From positions 40,176,001 to 40,240,000 of the forward strand of contig OX638160.1 in assembly GCA_951804945.1 (NCBI GenBank): a stretch of DNA of 64,000 nucleotides, in the 5' to 3' direction. Positions 36,918-48,429 of this stretch are shown here, piece by piece. The position numbers and the translations under genes were made by a program. The DNA comes from Podarcis cretensis (lineage: Eukaryota). A model generated the notes under the pieces. It saw only the letters and a list, made by a program, of their open reading frames with translations. It did not search any database and was not told the origin of the DNA. Position 1 is the first letter of the stretch; every line of letters begins with the position of its first letter.

Positions 36918-37386
36918 AGGTGCCTGGCATAGCAGCTGCGGGAGCCTGCCAGCACCTAAAAGCATCGATTGTGAGCCCCTGTGTCCTCTGAAATATGCTT
37001 GTGGCCTATTTTAAGTAGCCAGCATCCATGTAAACCAACCAAGGGCCTGGAATTTAGGTGGAAATTTGAAAAGAGTGAGGGACGAATTTCTAGAACAGAG
37101 TGACAAAACTGAGGTAGCTGAGGAGGTAAGTGATAAAATTATTACTAAGCTCTTTAACAGTTGAAGAATTGACTGAAAGTTGCATGCGATAAAGCTTATT
37201 GATGAATAGGACATTTAATTCATGAATAGAATCGTCATTTAATCCTTCAAAACTCTTCATGCCGTTATTCAAAGATTATTATACACCTTTTCTTTGTTTC
37301 CGGAGTGCAATTACTCCTGAATCTCCTTTTTGAGTCTTGTCAGTTGAAGCTGAGGGTGAGTTAAGATCCCAGGCAGTTAACACTCA

Positions 37387-37549
37387 CAGAGGTGGGTTTA
37401 AGGGTGCCCACACTGGGCGCCAAGCTGAGTGGGTGCCACAATGGGTGCTGCAACAATGCCAAAGGTGAGAGGTGGGGGGGGGAGGAGGGAGCCAAATTTT
37501 GGCACCTCGCAGGGCGCCACTGAAATTTTAAAGCCCAAAGTCTGCCATT
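37387..37549. mobile_element. hAT-like MITE
   Basis: 8-bp TSD AACACTCA (37379-37386, 37550-37557) and degenerate CAGTGGCGG-type termini. Confidence 0.65.
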
Positions 37550-37821
37550 AACACTCATCAGAAAGGTACAGCTGGTCAGGGTTCCTTGAAATTTTTATTC
37601 TTACAGACAGCAAGGAAGATGGGGATTTGTATCCTCTGGAGGAAAATGTATATAATTTCAAGACAAAGGCCAAACTGAATTGTGATGTTGTGTGACCTAG
37701 AACTTATCACTGTAATGTATAAGTGAGTGTTTGTGTAGACCCAGGCAGGAGCTGTCTAATGCGTACTGGCTGACAGTCTGGTTATGAGATTCTGTAAGTT
37801 AGTAATCCTTTCCCTCACAGA

Positions 37822-38149
37822 GGCTCCCATCTGTACCATACATTGAAAGTAGCATCATACCACTTTAAAAAGTCATGGTTTCCCTCAGAGGATTATGGGA
37901 ACTGTAATTTGTTAAGGATGCTGAGAGTTGTTTAGGACAATTGTGGCCCTCGCACAGCTACAATTTTCAGAGTTCCATCGGATGAAGGATGAACCACTCT
38001 ATAAATGGCAGCTCTCTGAGGGACATACGAGATAACCTAGCAACTCTTAGCACCCTTAACAAACTACTGTTCCCAGAATTCTTTATGGGAAAAACCGCGA
38101 CTTTCAAAAGTGGTATGACACTGCTTTCAATGTATAGTGCAGACGAGGC
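37822..38149. mobile_element. palindromic Harbinger-like MITE
   Basis: Long imperfect inverted arms (tacattgaaagtagcatcataccacttt / aaagtggtatgacactgctttcaatgta). It is related to 1442-2943. Confidence 0.65.
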
Positions 38150-39077
38150 TGTTTAAATGAATCCCCAAGAGACAGATCTCTGAAGTGAAAACAATACAAC
38201 TACAGGAGAGGTATTTAGGATTAAATGAAATAACATGCACTAGCAGTACCACAAAGCCATTCTCTTATATGTTACATGTCTCATTAAGTTCACCTTTGTG
38301 TATACTCTAGGTTGTATGCTAGCTTGCCATGCCAGGAGCTGCCTGAGTCAGCTCTGAGACTGTGCTTTTAGTTTCAGTTCTGCGTTACAAGCAGCAGTTT
38401 CCTGCAAATGTTCTTTCCCCCTCCATAAACTGTTTTGCACTAAAGTTGTTTTGGTTATGCATCCTCTGTGTGGCCTCCTCTTTACGTCACTTGAGCACAA
38501 TTGGAGGCTTTTGTGGGGTCATGCTAACCGGTGGCAGCTGGTAACATTTTTATTTGACATGGCTGCAAGTTTTAACCTGGCTGTTTTCATCACAGTAGGA
38601 CTTGTACAGCACTTATTTAGGAAAATGTGTCATTGTGCATGTGCAGAGTGTCATTGTGTCCTCACTAAAAAAAACCCCAACCCAATTATTTTCTGCACAT
38701 CTATGAACAGAGGAAGAACATCCTTATAGAAGGGTCGAAGTATATGATTGATTCTATACCTCTTGTTTATAAATGAAGCCTTATTACCTGACATTTGTTA
38801 CGGAATTTGTGCATTTATTATACCTAGACATCAACTGACAAAAAAACTGAACGATCACAAACTTTTAATATGTGAGGAAGTTTCTTCCAGTTTCATGCAG
38901 CTGCTCTCCAGGTTTTGGGGAACTAAAAGCCCAATCATCCCAGAATTTTAGCCATGCTGGCAGCAACTGATTGGTGTTGTGGTTCAATGTGCAGGGCACC
39001 ATGTTGGTTACTCTTGGAGAAGACAATACAAGCCTATGTGGACCAATGCCATATAAGGAGTTTTGTTTGTCCATGAT

Positions 39078-39954
39078 TTGCATTACATGGAAAGCTCTGC
39101 CAGGTCGAATTCCTGCCCCTGGTTCAGCACTGTCGTTTGAGAAAGCGTGTTCTCCTTCAGGGAGAGCACGTGTTGCGGTGGGGTCTACTGAGCCACCCCC
39201 TTTGTTGCTGGGTAAGTTCTCCAAGAGGGACAGGGGGCATTGATTGGATTGCTGAGTTGCTGGGGCAAAAGTTATGTTGCAATTTTGGTGGGAGGGGTAA
39301 AAGGTTTAAATACTCTGCACGCAGCCTTGTACTTTCTCTTTTGCTGCGTGCAACGGATCACCCGCCCACCCGCCCTAGAGTAAGGGGTTGTTGCGTTGAC
39401 CTTGCTATGCCTGTCATGGGGTCGTCTGCCTTTGAGCAGGGGCCTGGTAGGAATTTTTCCACCTGGCAAATTGGCTGGCTGGGTGGTTTTTGCCTACTGC
39501 GTAGCAAATCGTCACAACTTGTAAGGTTGTGGTTAGGCATTGGTTATAAATCTGGTGGAGGAGGGGTTAGGATAGGCTGGGCCTGCCCCTCCATGGTTGC
39601 TGCGGAAAGGGAATTCCGTTAAAGGAATCCTGGGGCTTGCCATCTTTTCGTCCAATCCCTGGAATGGGACTAGGGCTGGCAAGCCTTCGGGGAGCAGGCG
39701 GGTGAGAGTTGAGGGTCTGTGTCTCAGCTCCAATTCTTCCCCGACTTGCTTTCCCCCGCACTGTCTTTCGGTGGTGCCCGGAAGTCAGTTCTGTCCCCAG
39801 GCAGGGGGACAGATAGTCTTAACCAATGCCTAAACAACCACTCAGTTTGTATTTTAATAAAGTTGTGGCCAAAATCGTGCCAAAAATCTTAAACAAAAAT
39901 TACGTGTCCGTTGTGAGTTATTTTGGGGGGTGGATTGGGGACCTCAACACGCAA
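39078..39954 (+). mobile_element. GC-rich structured repeat, possibly a DIRS/Ngaro-type terminal unit or an atypical solo LTR
   Basis: Abrupt GC/CpG rise, several internal inverted repeats, TTTAAATA, AATAAAGTTGTGGCC, and no TSD found. The left boundary is uncertain. Confidence 0.5.
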
Positions 39955-41194
39955 ACTGCATTTGCCAGAACTCCTTTATTGATTGCTCTGTGTGTGCTCA
40001 TTATTCATTAGCTAATATCTGCGCAATTAACCTGGATGAATGGGATTGGATATGAAATCACAAACATAGCAATGGCCTTATTGTAAGTTGTGTACAAAGT
40101 ATTATTACTTCGTGGTTCAAGGAGAAAAGAGTAGCTGAGCAGAGTTTCTATACAGAAGCTTACACATCTTGTAAGATTTTGAGAGGTACAAGAAAGCTGG
40201 GGGGGGAGGAACTTTGTGGAGAAATGGAACTTATTTGTAGAACATTGGAACACTCAATCCCAGGAGAACTTAACAATTTTTAAATGAAGGTTCTTTATTA
40301 GGAATTATAGAGGGATGCAGTTTGGGTTGATTATTGCACTTTTTGACTATGGTTTATGAAGTATGATGTATCATTTAAAAGTTGGGAAATCAAATAAACA
40401 AAATAATAATAATGCAACCTTATAAGGTAACAGAGGAATGGCTATTGAAGGCTTGGTATTAATGGCAAATATTGCTTCTATAGTACATCTGGATATTCTA
40501 GTATTTGTCTTCCTCCCAAGTGCACAGCAACTTCATTTGTTCAAAACAAATAATAAATTCAGTTGTAGGGACTCCAAAACATGCATTTTCTATCTATTAA
40601 TAGTACACTTCCTTTCTGTTGGCACAGGAAATTACTCAGAGACAAGTACACCGATAACTGTGATAAACAAACTAGTGTAGCACTTTTTTTTCTATTCTCA
40701 GCAGTCTTTCAGATCACAACATAATTCTAAGTTAAAGAAAAGGGAGAAGGAAAAGTAAAAAGAAGAGGATTCAATGGCTAAATGAGTCACTTGTTTGATT
40801 CTCAGTGACTCTATTAATGAGCTAAAAAGGTCTGCATATAATTTATTAAAATTGATGGAATTCAGGGGAAAATAATGTGATTTTGAGCCATAGTTAAGTG
40901 ACTAACTAAGACTGCAATGTTTTGCATGCTTACTTGGGGAGAAAAATCCCATTGCTTTTCAGTAAACATGCATATTATTGCACTACACAGAGCACAGTTT
41001 ATCCAGAATATGTGTAAATCACAATAATTTGTGGAGATACAATAATGCATTTCCCAAAAGACCTTAAAGTCAGCAAAATATAAGCCAACACTGTTAGTTA
41101 ATCCCATGTATCCTGTTTCTTTGAATATCTGATTCTTATGCCATATATGAAAATGGATTACACAATCTTATTCCGTATTCAGAAGCATATTCAG

Positions 41195-41575
41195 GAAGTT
41201 TTGCTGGTGATCCCATCACAGAGTGAAGTTTGCAGGCGAAGGCTGCCAAGGTTTGCATTGCAGGGCTTTCTCTGTGGTGGCCCCACAGCTCTGGAATAGC
41301 CTCCTCTCTGAGATGTGTTATGCCAATGCATCATTTTAAATCAAATAATAAGTAAAGATACACTGCTTTGCACAGGCTTTTGGATAAGGACAAAGTGCAC
41401 AGTGATATTTTATTTTCACTTCTGACACCTGTTTTATTTCAAGTTGTTCGAGTCATTTCATTTTAAATTGTTATTGTTAATTGTTATTTTAGTGTTATTG
41501 TGCATCGCTCTGGGACCCTTGAGTGAAGCGTGGGTTACAAATGCCTCAAATAAATAATAAAAAATAATAAAAAAT
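41195..41575 (+). mobile_element. old L2 3' fragment
   Basis: agggctttctctgtggtggccccacagctctggaatagcctc reads RAFSVVAPQLWNSL, followed by an AT-rich tail. Confidence 0.8.
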
Positions 41576-42005
41576 GATAAACTGGAAGCAAGAATCTTCA
41601 GTTTTGTGGTATTGATTACTGGGGTGGCATACGTGTTCAGATGTCTTTACCCGACACTCAGTTTCTGTACTATAAGTCTGTCCACTAGTCTTGTAACCCT
41701 TTCCTGGGAGTAAGCCCCATTAAACCCAAGGGGATTTATTTCTGAGTAGATGTGTATAGAATTCCATGGTAAATCGCTGAAAGTTTGCTTGTTTAAAATA
41801 TTTATACTGCATCTTTTCACCTACTAGTAAGGTACTCAAGATGGTGAGTCTCAACCAAGATTAAAGATGATGAATGCTGATGAATTTTGCACACATACTC
41901 CTGCACAAAGCACACACGCTGAAATTTAGCCTGCTGTGTGTGACTCCTGAAATCTGAAGTGGTTCTTCTGCATTCCACCAATTATTGGGTGCTGATAGGT
42001 AGATG

Positions 42006-42998
42006 TGGGATGTCTCTATGTGGGACAAGAAGCTACAGTTAGAACTGGATATGGAACAACTGATTGGTTCAAAATTGGGAAAGGAGTACGACAAGGCTGC
42101 ATTTTGTCTCCCTGCTTATTTAACTTATATGCAGAATTCATCATGCGAAAGGCTGGGCTGGATGAATCCCTAGCCGGAATTAAGATTGCCGGAAGAAATA
42201 TCAACAACCTCAGATATGCAGATGACACAACCTTGATGGCAGAAAGTGAGGAGGAATTAAAGAACCTTTTATTGAGGGTGAAAGAGGAGAGTGCAAAATA
42301 TGGTCTGAAGCTCAACATCAAAAAAACGAAGATCATGGCTACTGGTCCCATCACCTCCTGGCAAATAGAAGGGGAAGAAATGGAGGCAGTGAGAGATTTT
42401 ACTTTCTTGGGCTCCATGATCACTGCAGATGGTGACAGCAGCCACGAAATTAAAAGACGCCTGCTTCTTGGGAGAAGGGCAATGACAGGCCTAGACAGCA
42501 TCTTGAGAAGTAGAGACATCACCTTGCCAACAAAGGTCCGTATAGTTAAAACTATGGTTTTCCCAGTAGTGATGTATGGAAGTGAGAGCTGGACCATCAA
42601 GAAGGCTGATCGCCGAAGAATTGATGCTTTTGAATTATGGTGCTGGAGGAGACTCTTGAGAGTCCCATGGACTGCAAGAAGATCAAACCTCTCCATTCTG
42701 AAGGAAATCAGCCCTGAGTGCTCACTGGAAGGACAGATTGTGAAGCTGAGGCTCCAGTACTTTGGCCACCTCATGAGAAGAGAAGACTCCCTGGAGAAGA
42801 CCCTGATGTTGGGAAAGATGGAGGGCACAAGGAGAAGGGGGCGACAGAGGACGAGGTGGTTGGATAGTGTTTTCAAGGTTACCAGCATGAGTCTGACCAA
42901 GCTGCGGGAGGCAGTGGAAGACAGAAGTGCCTGGCGTTCTCTGGTCCATGGGGTCATGAAGAGTCGGACACGACTAAACGACTAAACAACAACAACAA
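42006..42998 (+). mobile_element. BovB (RTE) LINE, 5'-truncated, with uninterrupted RT C-terminal ORF (326 aa)
   Basis: GVRQGCILSPCLFNLY and LRYADD RT motifs, (CAA)n tail and 11-bp TSD ATAGGTAGATG (41995-42005, 42999-43009). Confidence 0.97.
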
Positions 42999-43887
42999 AT
43001 AGGTAGATGCACTAGATGTAACTGAAAACACAGACAAGTTGTTAACATGTTGCTTGTTTTAAAATGCCTCAACTGAGAGATCAGATACTACTATTTTAAT
43101 ACTGAAACGAACTATTAAATATATATAGCTCTGTGCAGACAACTCCAGAATTTTGACAGTTAAAATATGGCATTAAAAAAGGTTGAATTTTGAAAATTAT
43201 AATAAAAGGCATGCAGGCGATATTTTGCCGGAATTTCTTTGAATGTAAAGGGGGGAATGTTGTGCTGCTACTTCTAGATTGTTTTTTCATTATCTATATT
43301 GTGTTGTTGCTTTTTGTTCTTATTTTAATGGAGAAGGTTGTTCTGTGTAAAATTCAATATTGATGCTGGTAGAAAAAGCCAGAGAGAGAGCTTTTCTTGA
43401 ATGTTACAAAAATAAATTAAAAATAGAAGTAGTATCGCTAATGAAACCTCAGTGATGTCATTTCTGATCAGACTGCAATTGTAGTTGCTGATGCTGTGAT
43501 AATGGAGCTTACTTTTTAAAAACCCCTTTCCTGAATTTTCAAGGTTAAAGAGTAGAAGAAACTATAATAGGAGATTTGTATATCTGTATATATATCCTAA
43601 TTGGCACATAAAATAATAAAAATAACAATAATGAACCTCAGTTACTGTCAGGGATGTTTGAGGATTTCATTCAGTCTGGATTTTTCTCAGTGATTTGGCC
43701 GGATTCTCACCTCAGTTTTAACACTTCTCTAAATGTTGTGGCAGTTTTTGGCTCAATAAAACTTACCAAACTGTGTAAAATATGCATCCTTTAGATTAAA
43801 ATGCTTGCCAAAATGTATATTTTAGGATAAAAAGTATCCAAAAAGGCATATTTGAGAGTTAAGTACATATGTTGTGTAAAACTTTAC

Positions 43888-44019
43888 CTCAGTTGGTAGA
43901 GCATGAGATTCTTTAATCTGTGGGTTGTGGGTTCGAGCCCCAAATTGGGCAAAAAATTGCAGGAGGTTGGACTAGGTGACCCTGGTGTTCCCTTCCAGCT
44001 CTACAATTCTATGATTCTA
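43888..44019 (+). mobile_element. short SINE: tRNA-Lys-like head plus CR1 3' tail
   Basis: ctcagttggtagagcatgaga...gggttcgagcccc followed by cccttccagctctacaattctatgattcta. Confidence 0.75.
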
Positions 44020-44655
44020 CTTTGAATAATAATGTGAATTTTCCTTTCTTTTCCCTTTTACATTGCATATTGATACAAAAACAGAATGGCACAGACTTAG
44101 GAACGAACACAAGTGAAAATTGGCACAGGCAGGAAATAAGACTATTCCTGGCTAGTTCATGTTCTGTGTATGAAATTCTAAGTATTATTTGAAAGCAAAT
44201 TCTTCTCAAAGGGTAAATACCCCTTCATGTACACAAATCCATGGCTGTTCAATTTGCAGAAATACATTTAATACTAAATATTAGAAGTTCCACTTCTATG
44301 TAAGCACCGTGTTATGTCCAGCTTCTCCCAGTAACTGTAATGCTGCTGTTGGAATTGGAAAAGGTGGATCTAGAAGCAGTGAATTCAATAGGACTTACTT
44401 CTGAGTAGGCATAGTGTGGTTTTCAGCCACAGACGGCTTTGTGGTTCACCATTAGCCACTTCAATACCTTTGTCCTTAAGGTGTTTCAAGGCTCTTTGCT
44501 GTTGCTACTGCATAAGACTAGCCAGGCTATCCCTCTGGAAATTAAATAAAAAAATTCCTTCTACTAGCACCTTAGAGACCAACTAAGTTAGTTGGAAATT
44601 AATTAACTTTGGAAGAGAATGTATAGGGAAGGTGATTTATTTGTAAATATATGGA

Positions 44656-44780
44656 CCGCTGGGATAGCTCAGTCAGTAGAGCATGAGACTATTAATCTCA
44701 GGATTGTGGGTTCAAGCCCCATTGGGCAAAATATTCCTGCATTGCAGGGGGCTGGACTAGATGACCCTTCCAACTCTACA
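44656..44780 (+). mobile_element. short SINE: tRNA-Lys-like head plus CR1 3' tail
   Basis: tagctcagtcagtagagcatgagactattaatctcaggattgtgggttcaagcccc, then ggactagatgacccttccaactctaca. Possible TSD ATATGGA. Confidence 0.75.
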
Positions 44781-45995
44781 ATATGGAGAGGTAATGAATC
44801 TGTTGATGGCTGAGATATGCATGCTGTGTAAAAAAAATACGTTAAAGCATGCGCGTCTTTCTGCATGAGCACACCATGAAAAGGGGAACCGACTTGTCCA
44901 AACTGAAGCAGAATAGAAAATGGCATGTGAAAGTACAAATGACTATTGGAACAGATTGAGACACGTTTGTACATCTGTATGTATGGTATCAAGGTCTTAC
45001 GCTGTTCCCATTTGTCTTGTTGAAACTTGTGTAGCAGAGCTTCCCAAGTAATCGTACTCCATCTGATGGAAGGGGTAATGTTGTTAAAATTTTATGGAGA
45101 GGCAGGACAGGGAGAACTCTGGGACGAAGCAGGTAGTACTTTTGCCATATGTGTACATTGAGCCATCATGTAAATGAAACATCAGACACAATCTTATATT
45201 GACCATTGTTTCCTGTGCCTTGATAAGGAATGGCTTCAATTAAAAAACAACAACAAATCAGGCGAATAACATATAACATTTTGTAACCACCATCTTGATT
45301 CTTGAACTGATTGCTTAGAGCTGCTTCATTTTTTGTGTGAAAATATTAGGTGAAATGATAATTCTGTCATTTTAATTTCTCATCGGGAACTCACCTGCAC
45401 TCTTGGAAAACATATAAACGAATACTTTATTGCCAAAATCACCCTTTTGGAAGCATTGCCGACAAAATCTTTCTTCACAAAACAATTCACTCTGAGTGTT
45501 GCTCGTTATTTACATAACATCTGTCTTTCCTATTATAGAACAGATTAACAATTAAGCTTTTTCTGGTGTTTTTTTTTTTTTAAAGACAACACACCAGAAC
45601 ACACACAAAATGTGCAATTAAAACCTCAGTGGTTCGCCTGGGGTGCTACATGTATGTCAGATGGAAGACCACTCTCGGTGCTACTGGGGAAGTTTGCTCT
45701 ATGGCTGCTTGTTGTTTCAGAGAATACCATATTATTCCAATTACAGAATTATTCCCTAGAGGGGATAAAAAAACAAAACAAAACCCTTCCCATTTTTGAC
45801 ACATGCAAAGTTATTTTCTTTTTTTTCTGTTTAAAAAATGTATTAAGCTCTATAGCAGAAGGACTTCTTTAAATTAGTGTTTTGTTTTGGCAGCGGTTGC
45901 TGATGTGTACATGTAATACAGTTTTAATCAAATCCCAAACGCTGAAGACCTTTCAGCTGTATCTTAGGAAGCAGCGTGCAATGCTTATTCCACTT

Positions 45996-46161
45996 NNNNN
46001 NNNNNNNNNNNNNNNNNNNNNNNNNNNNNNNNNNNNNNNNNNNNNNNNNNNNNNNNNNNNNNNNNNNNNNNNNNNNNNNNNNNNNNNNNNNNNNNNNNNN
46101 NNNNNNNNNNNNNNNNNNNNNNNNNNNNNNNNNNNNNNNNNNNNNNNNNNNNNNNNNNNNN
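45996..46161. other. assembly gap (166 N)
   Basis: Run of n. Confidence 1.
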
Positions 46162-46506
46162 CCAGTTCCATGGCGAGTTCCGTATGCATGTTTCATTGTA
46201 ACTAAACTTGCAGCAGTGGAACTAAGAGGGCCAAAATGATGGCAGTGTCATAAAGGTCAACCTCTTTTGTTAATGCATCGCAACCCACAGGGGTGGTGTT
46301 AGAAAACAAATCAATTCCTGCACCAGCTGTCCTGTCCGAAATACATTTTGCAAGGGGGTGAAAATATAGATAAATGCCCTCAATATCTGGACCAAGTCGA
46401 AATCACCAGTCTGGTATTCTTCCGAAAACAATTCCTGAACTGTACTAGAAAAACATAGCTCTGGCTAAGTATGCTATTACCTAGCATGGGACATTACAAT
46501 GGACCC

Positions 46507-46713
46507 CAGTGGTGTAGCGTGGATTGCCAGTGCCCGGGGCCACACAGAGGGTGGTGTGTGGGAGGGAAACAGATAGAGAAGCTGTTTTAAATGGAGCCCA
46601 GTGACTGAAGTGTGCAGCTGTATTGAGGCAGCACCGGGTGTTGAAATTTTGCACCCCTAACCATTCTGAGCCCAGGGCAACCGTCTCTGTGCCCCCCCTT
46701 CACTATGCCACTG
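46507..46713. mobile_element. hAT MITE (older)
   Basis: TIRs cagtggtgtagcg / cactatgccactg. 8-bp TSD ATGGACCC (46499-46506, 46879-46886, displaced by the later insertion). Confidence 0.85.
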
Positions 46714-46716
46714 ATG

Positions 46717-46873
46717 CAGTGGCATAGCGTGGGGGGTGCAGGGGGGCCGGCCGCACCGGGCGCAACATCTGGGGGTTAGGGTTAGGGATAGGGTTAGGGG
46801 GCGCAAATCCAGGGTTAGGGGGCGCAAATTACTTGCCTTGCCCCGGGTGCTGACAACCCACGCTACGCCACTG
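46717..46873. mobile_element. hAT MITE containing TTAGGG repeats
   Basis: 17-bp TIR cagtggcatagcgtggg / cccacgctacgccactg (1 mismatch) and perfect 8-bp TSD CACTGATG (46709-46716, 46874-46881). Confidence 0.92.
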
Positions 46874-47495
46874 CACTGATGGACCCTGTCACCATGACGC
46901 CACAATTTTGTACTCTTGCAGGAACAGTGCCCATCATGCACCCCCGTTTATTTTGATGGAAGCAGCAACATGAGAAAGAGCTCAGTCTGCATGTGGGAGC
47001 ACATGTATGAATGTAGTTCAAGGTAGTTGTGCTGAGTTTGGGGTGGTTTGAAGCGTATGTAACCCGAGGTACCACTGTAAGTTCTTAACCTGAGGTACCA
47101 CTGTATATGGAAGTGAGTTTGGGGTGGTTTGAATGAATGTAGCTCTATTCCCCACACCCCCAGCGTAATATGCTTTACGAATATCTAGGAGGAGCTGAAA
47201 GGCACACTTTGAATGTGTGGGTAGGTGAGTGTACAAAATCATTTACATGAGCAGTCCAAAATGAATTCTGGCCACAATGGAACCAACTCTATTAACAAAT
47301 ACACATTGCCCTGCTACTTAGTTGTAGTCAATCACAACTCTATTAATGTGGCATGTGAGTTAAAAGGAAAAAGGTGTCCCACTTGCCACACAGAGGATGC
47401 CACCCTCATGGTGTCTGGTGATGTTTGCTAGTGATGCATACAAGGCTACAAAACAGGTTGTTTGAGGAATGATCTTCTGAATGATTGGGCTAGTG

Positions 47496-47631
47496 CAGGC
47501 ATGGCCAAACTTGGCCCTCCAGAAGTTTTGGGACTACAATTCCCATCATCCCTGACCACTGGTCCTGTTAGCTAGGGATGATGGGAGTTGTAGTCCCAAA
47601 GCATCTGGAAGGCCAAGTTTGGCCATGCCTG
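47496..47631. mobile_element. foldback hAT MITE (136 bp)
   Basis: TIR caggcatggccaaacttggcc, near-complete palindrome, TSD ggctagtg / ggctagcg. Confidence 0.9.
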
Positions 47632-48429
47632 GGCTAGCGTGTCAACTACCCTGAAATATATGCATACTATGAATTCAGCAATGAATTCATAGTATGGCTT
47701 AGCAACCAAGGAATAAAAACTAAGAGGTGCACACAAGAGTCAATAAGTTTCTCTTGCAGTTCTTTTGGCGTTTTTTTTTGCAGAGGGTGGGGGATGGGTG
47801 CCAATAGTGTACAGAACATACACACTGTCTATTGCTGCATTCTGAAAAATGTAAAGCCTGAATTCAGAATGTTTTGTTTGGCCCTGTGGGTTTTTAAAAT
47901 AAACGGTCACCATCATGTTCCCATTAATAGCCTACAAGAATTCCTAGAAAGTAGATGGAGAGCATGCAGTGTGTCCTTTAATGTTATTTGCAGGGTCACT
48001 GATCAATGAGCAAAGTTGAGGATTTACCTAAGAGACCATAATGACTTCATCAGATGTGCCTGGATTAATAATATGTGTTCTGAAAGTTGTGATGGGCACC
48101 TTACGTCTGTTTACCTGATGGACCAAGATATCCACTGGCTAAAAGCATTTTTAATAATCATAAATTATTTATTAGAATTAGAGCTTTTGTACATTTGTAG
48201 CAGCAAATGGCACAACTGCTGTATCCTAATAAAAGTGGTCCTTTTAGTATTGAAATGTGCACATTGCTACAGATAAAAACCTGGAAACTTCAGCAGAGTG
48301 AACAGTCCACTTGCAAGGGGGCAGCCCAGTTAGTTAACCCTTTCATTTCCTATATGTAGACAGAGCTACAAAATGGATAAACTGTCCTGATAAGAAAACT
48401 GAATTGGGAAGGCCTACCTCAACCAAGAA

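Noticed and set aside
37015-37130. Plus-strand open segment (NLKRVRDEFLEQSDKTEVAEE) ending at gag/GTAAGT
   Set aside because: The donor is good but the acceptor is weak, there are no partner exons, and the peptide is unrecognised.
42016-42957. 313-aa antisense ORF, and similar ones at 9650, 10848 and 22547
   Set aside because: These are shadow frames of the BovB ORF, with no independent evidence of coding.
44656-44727. Apparent tRNA-Lys gene
   Set aside because: The anticodon region and acceptor stem are altered, there is no oligo-T terminator, and it runs into a CR1 tail. It is treated as a SINE head.
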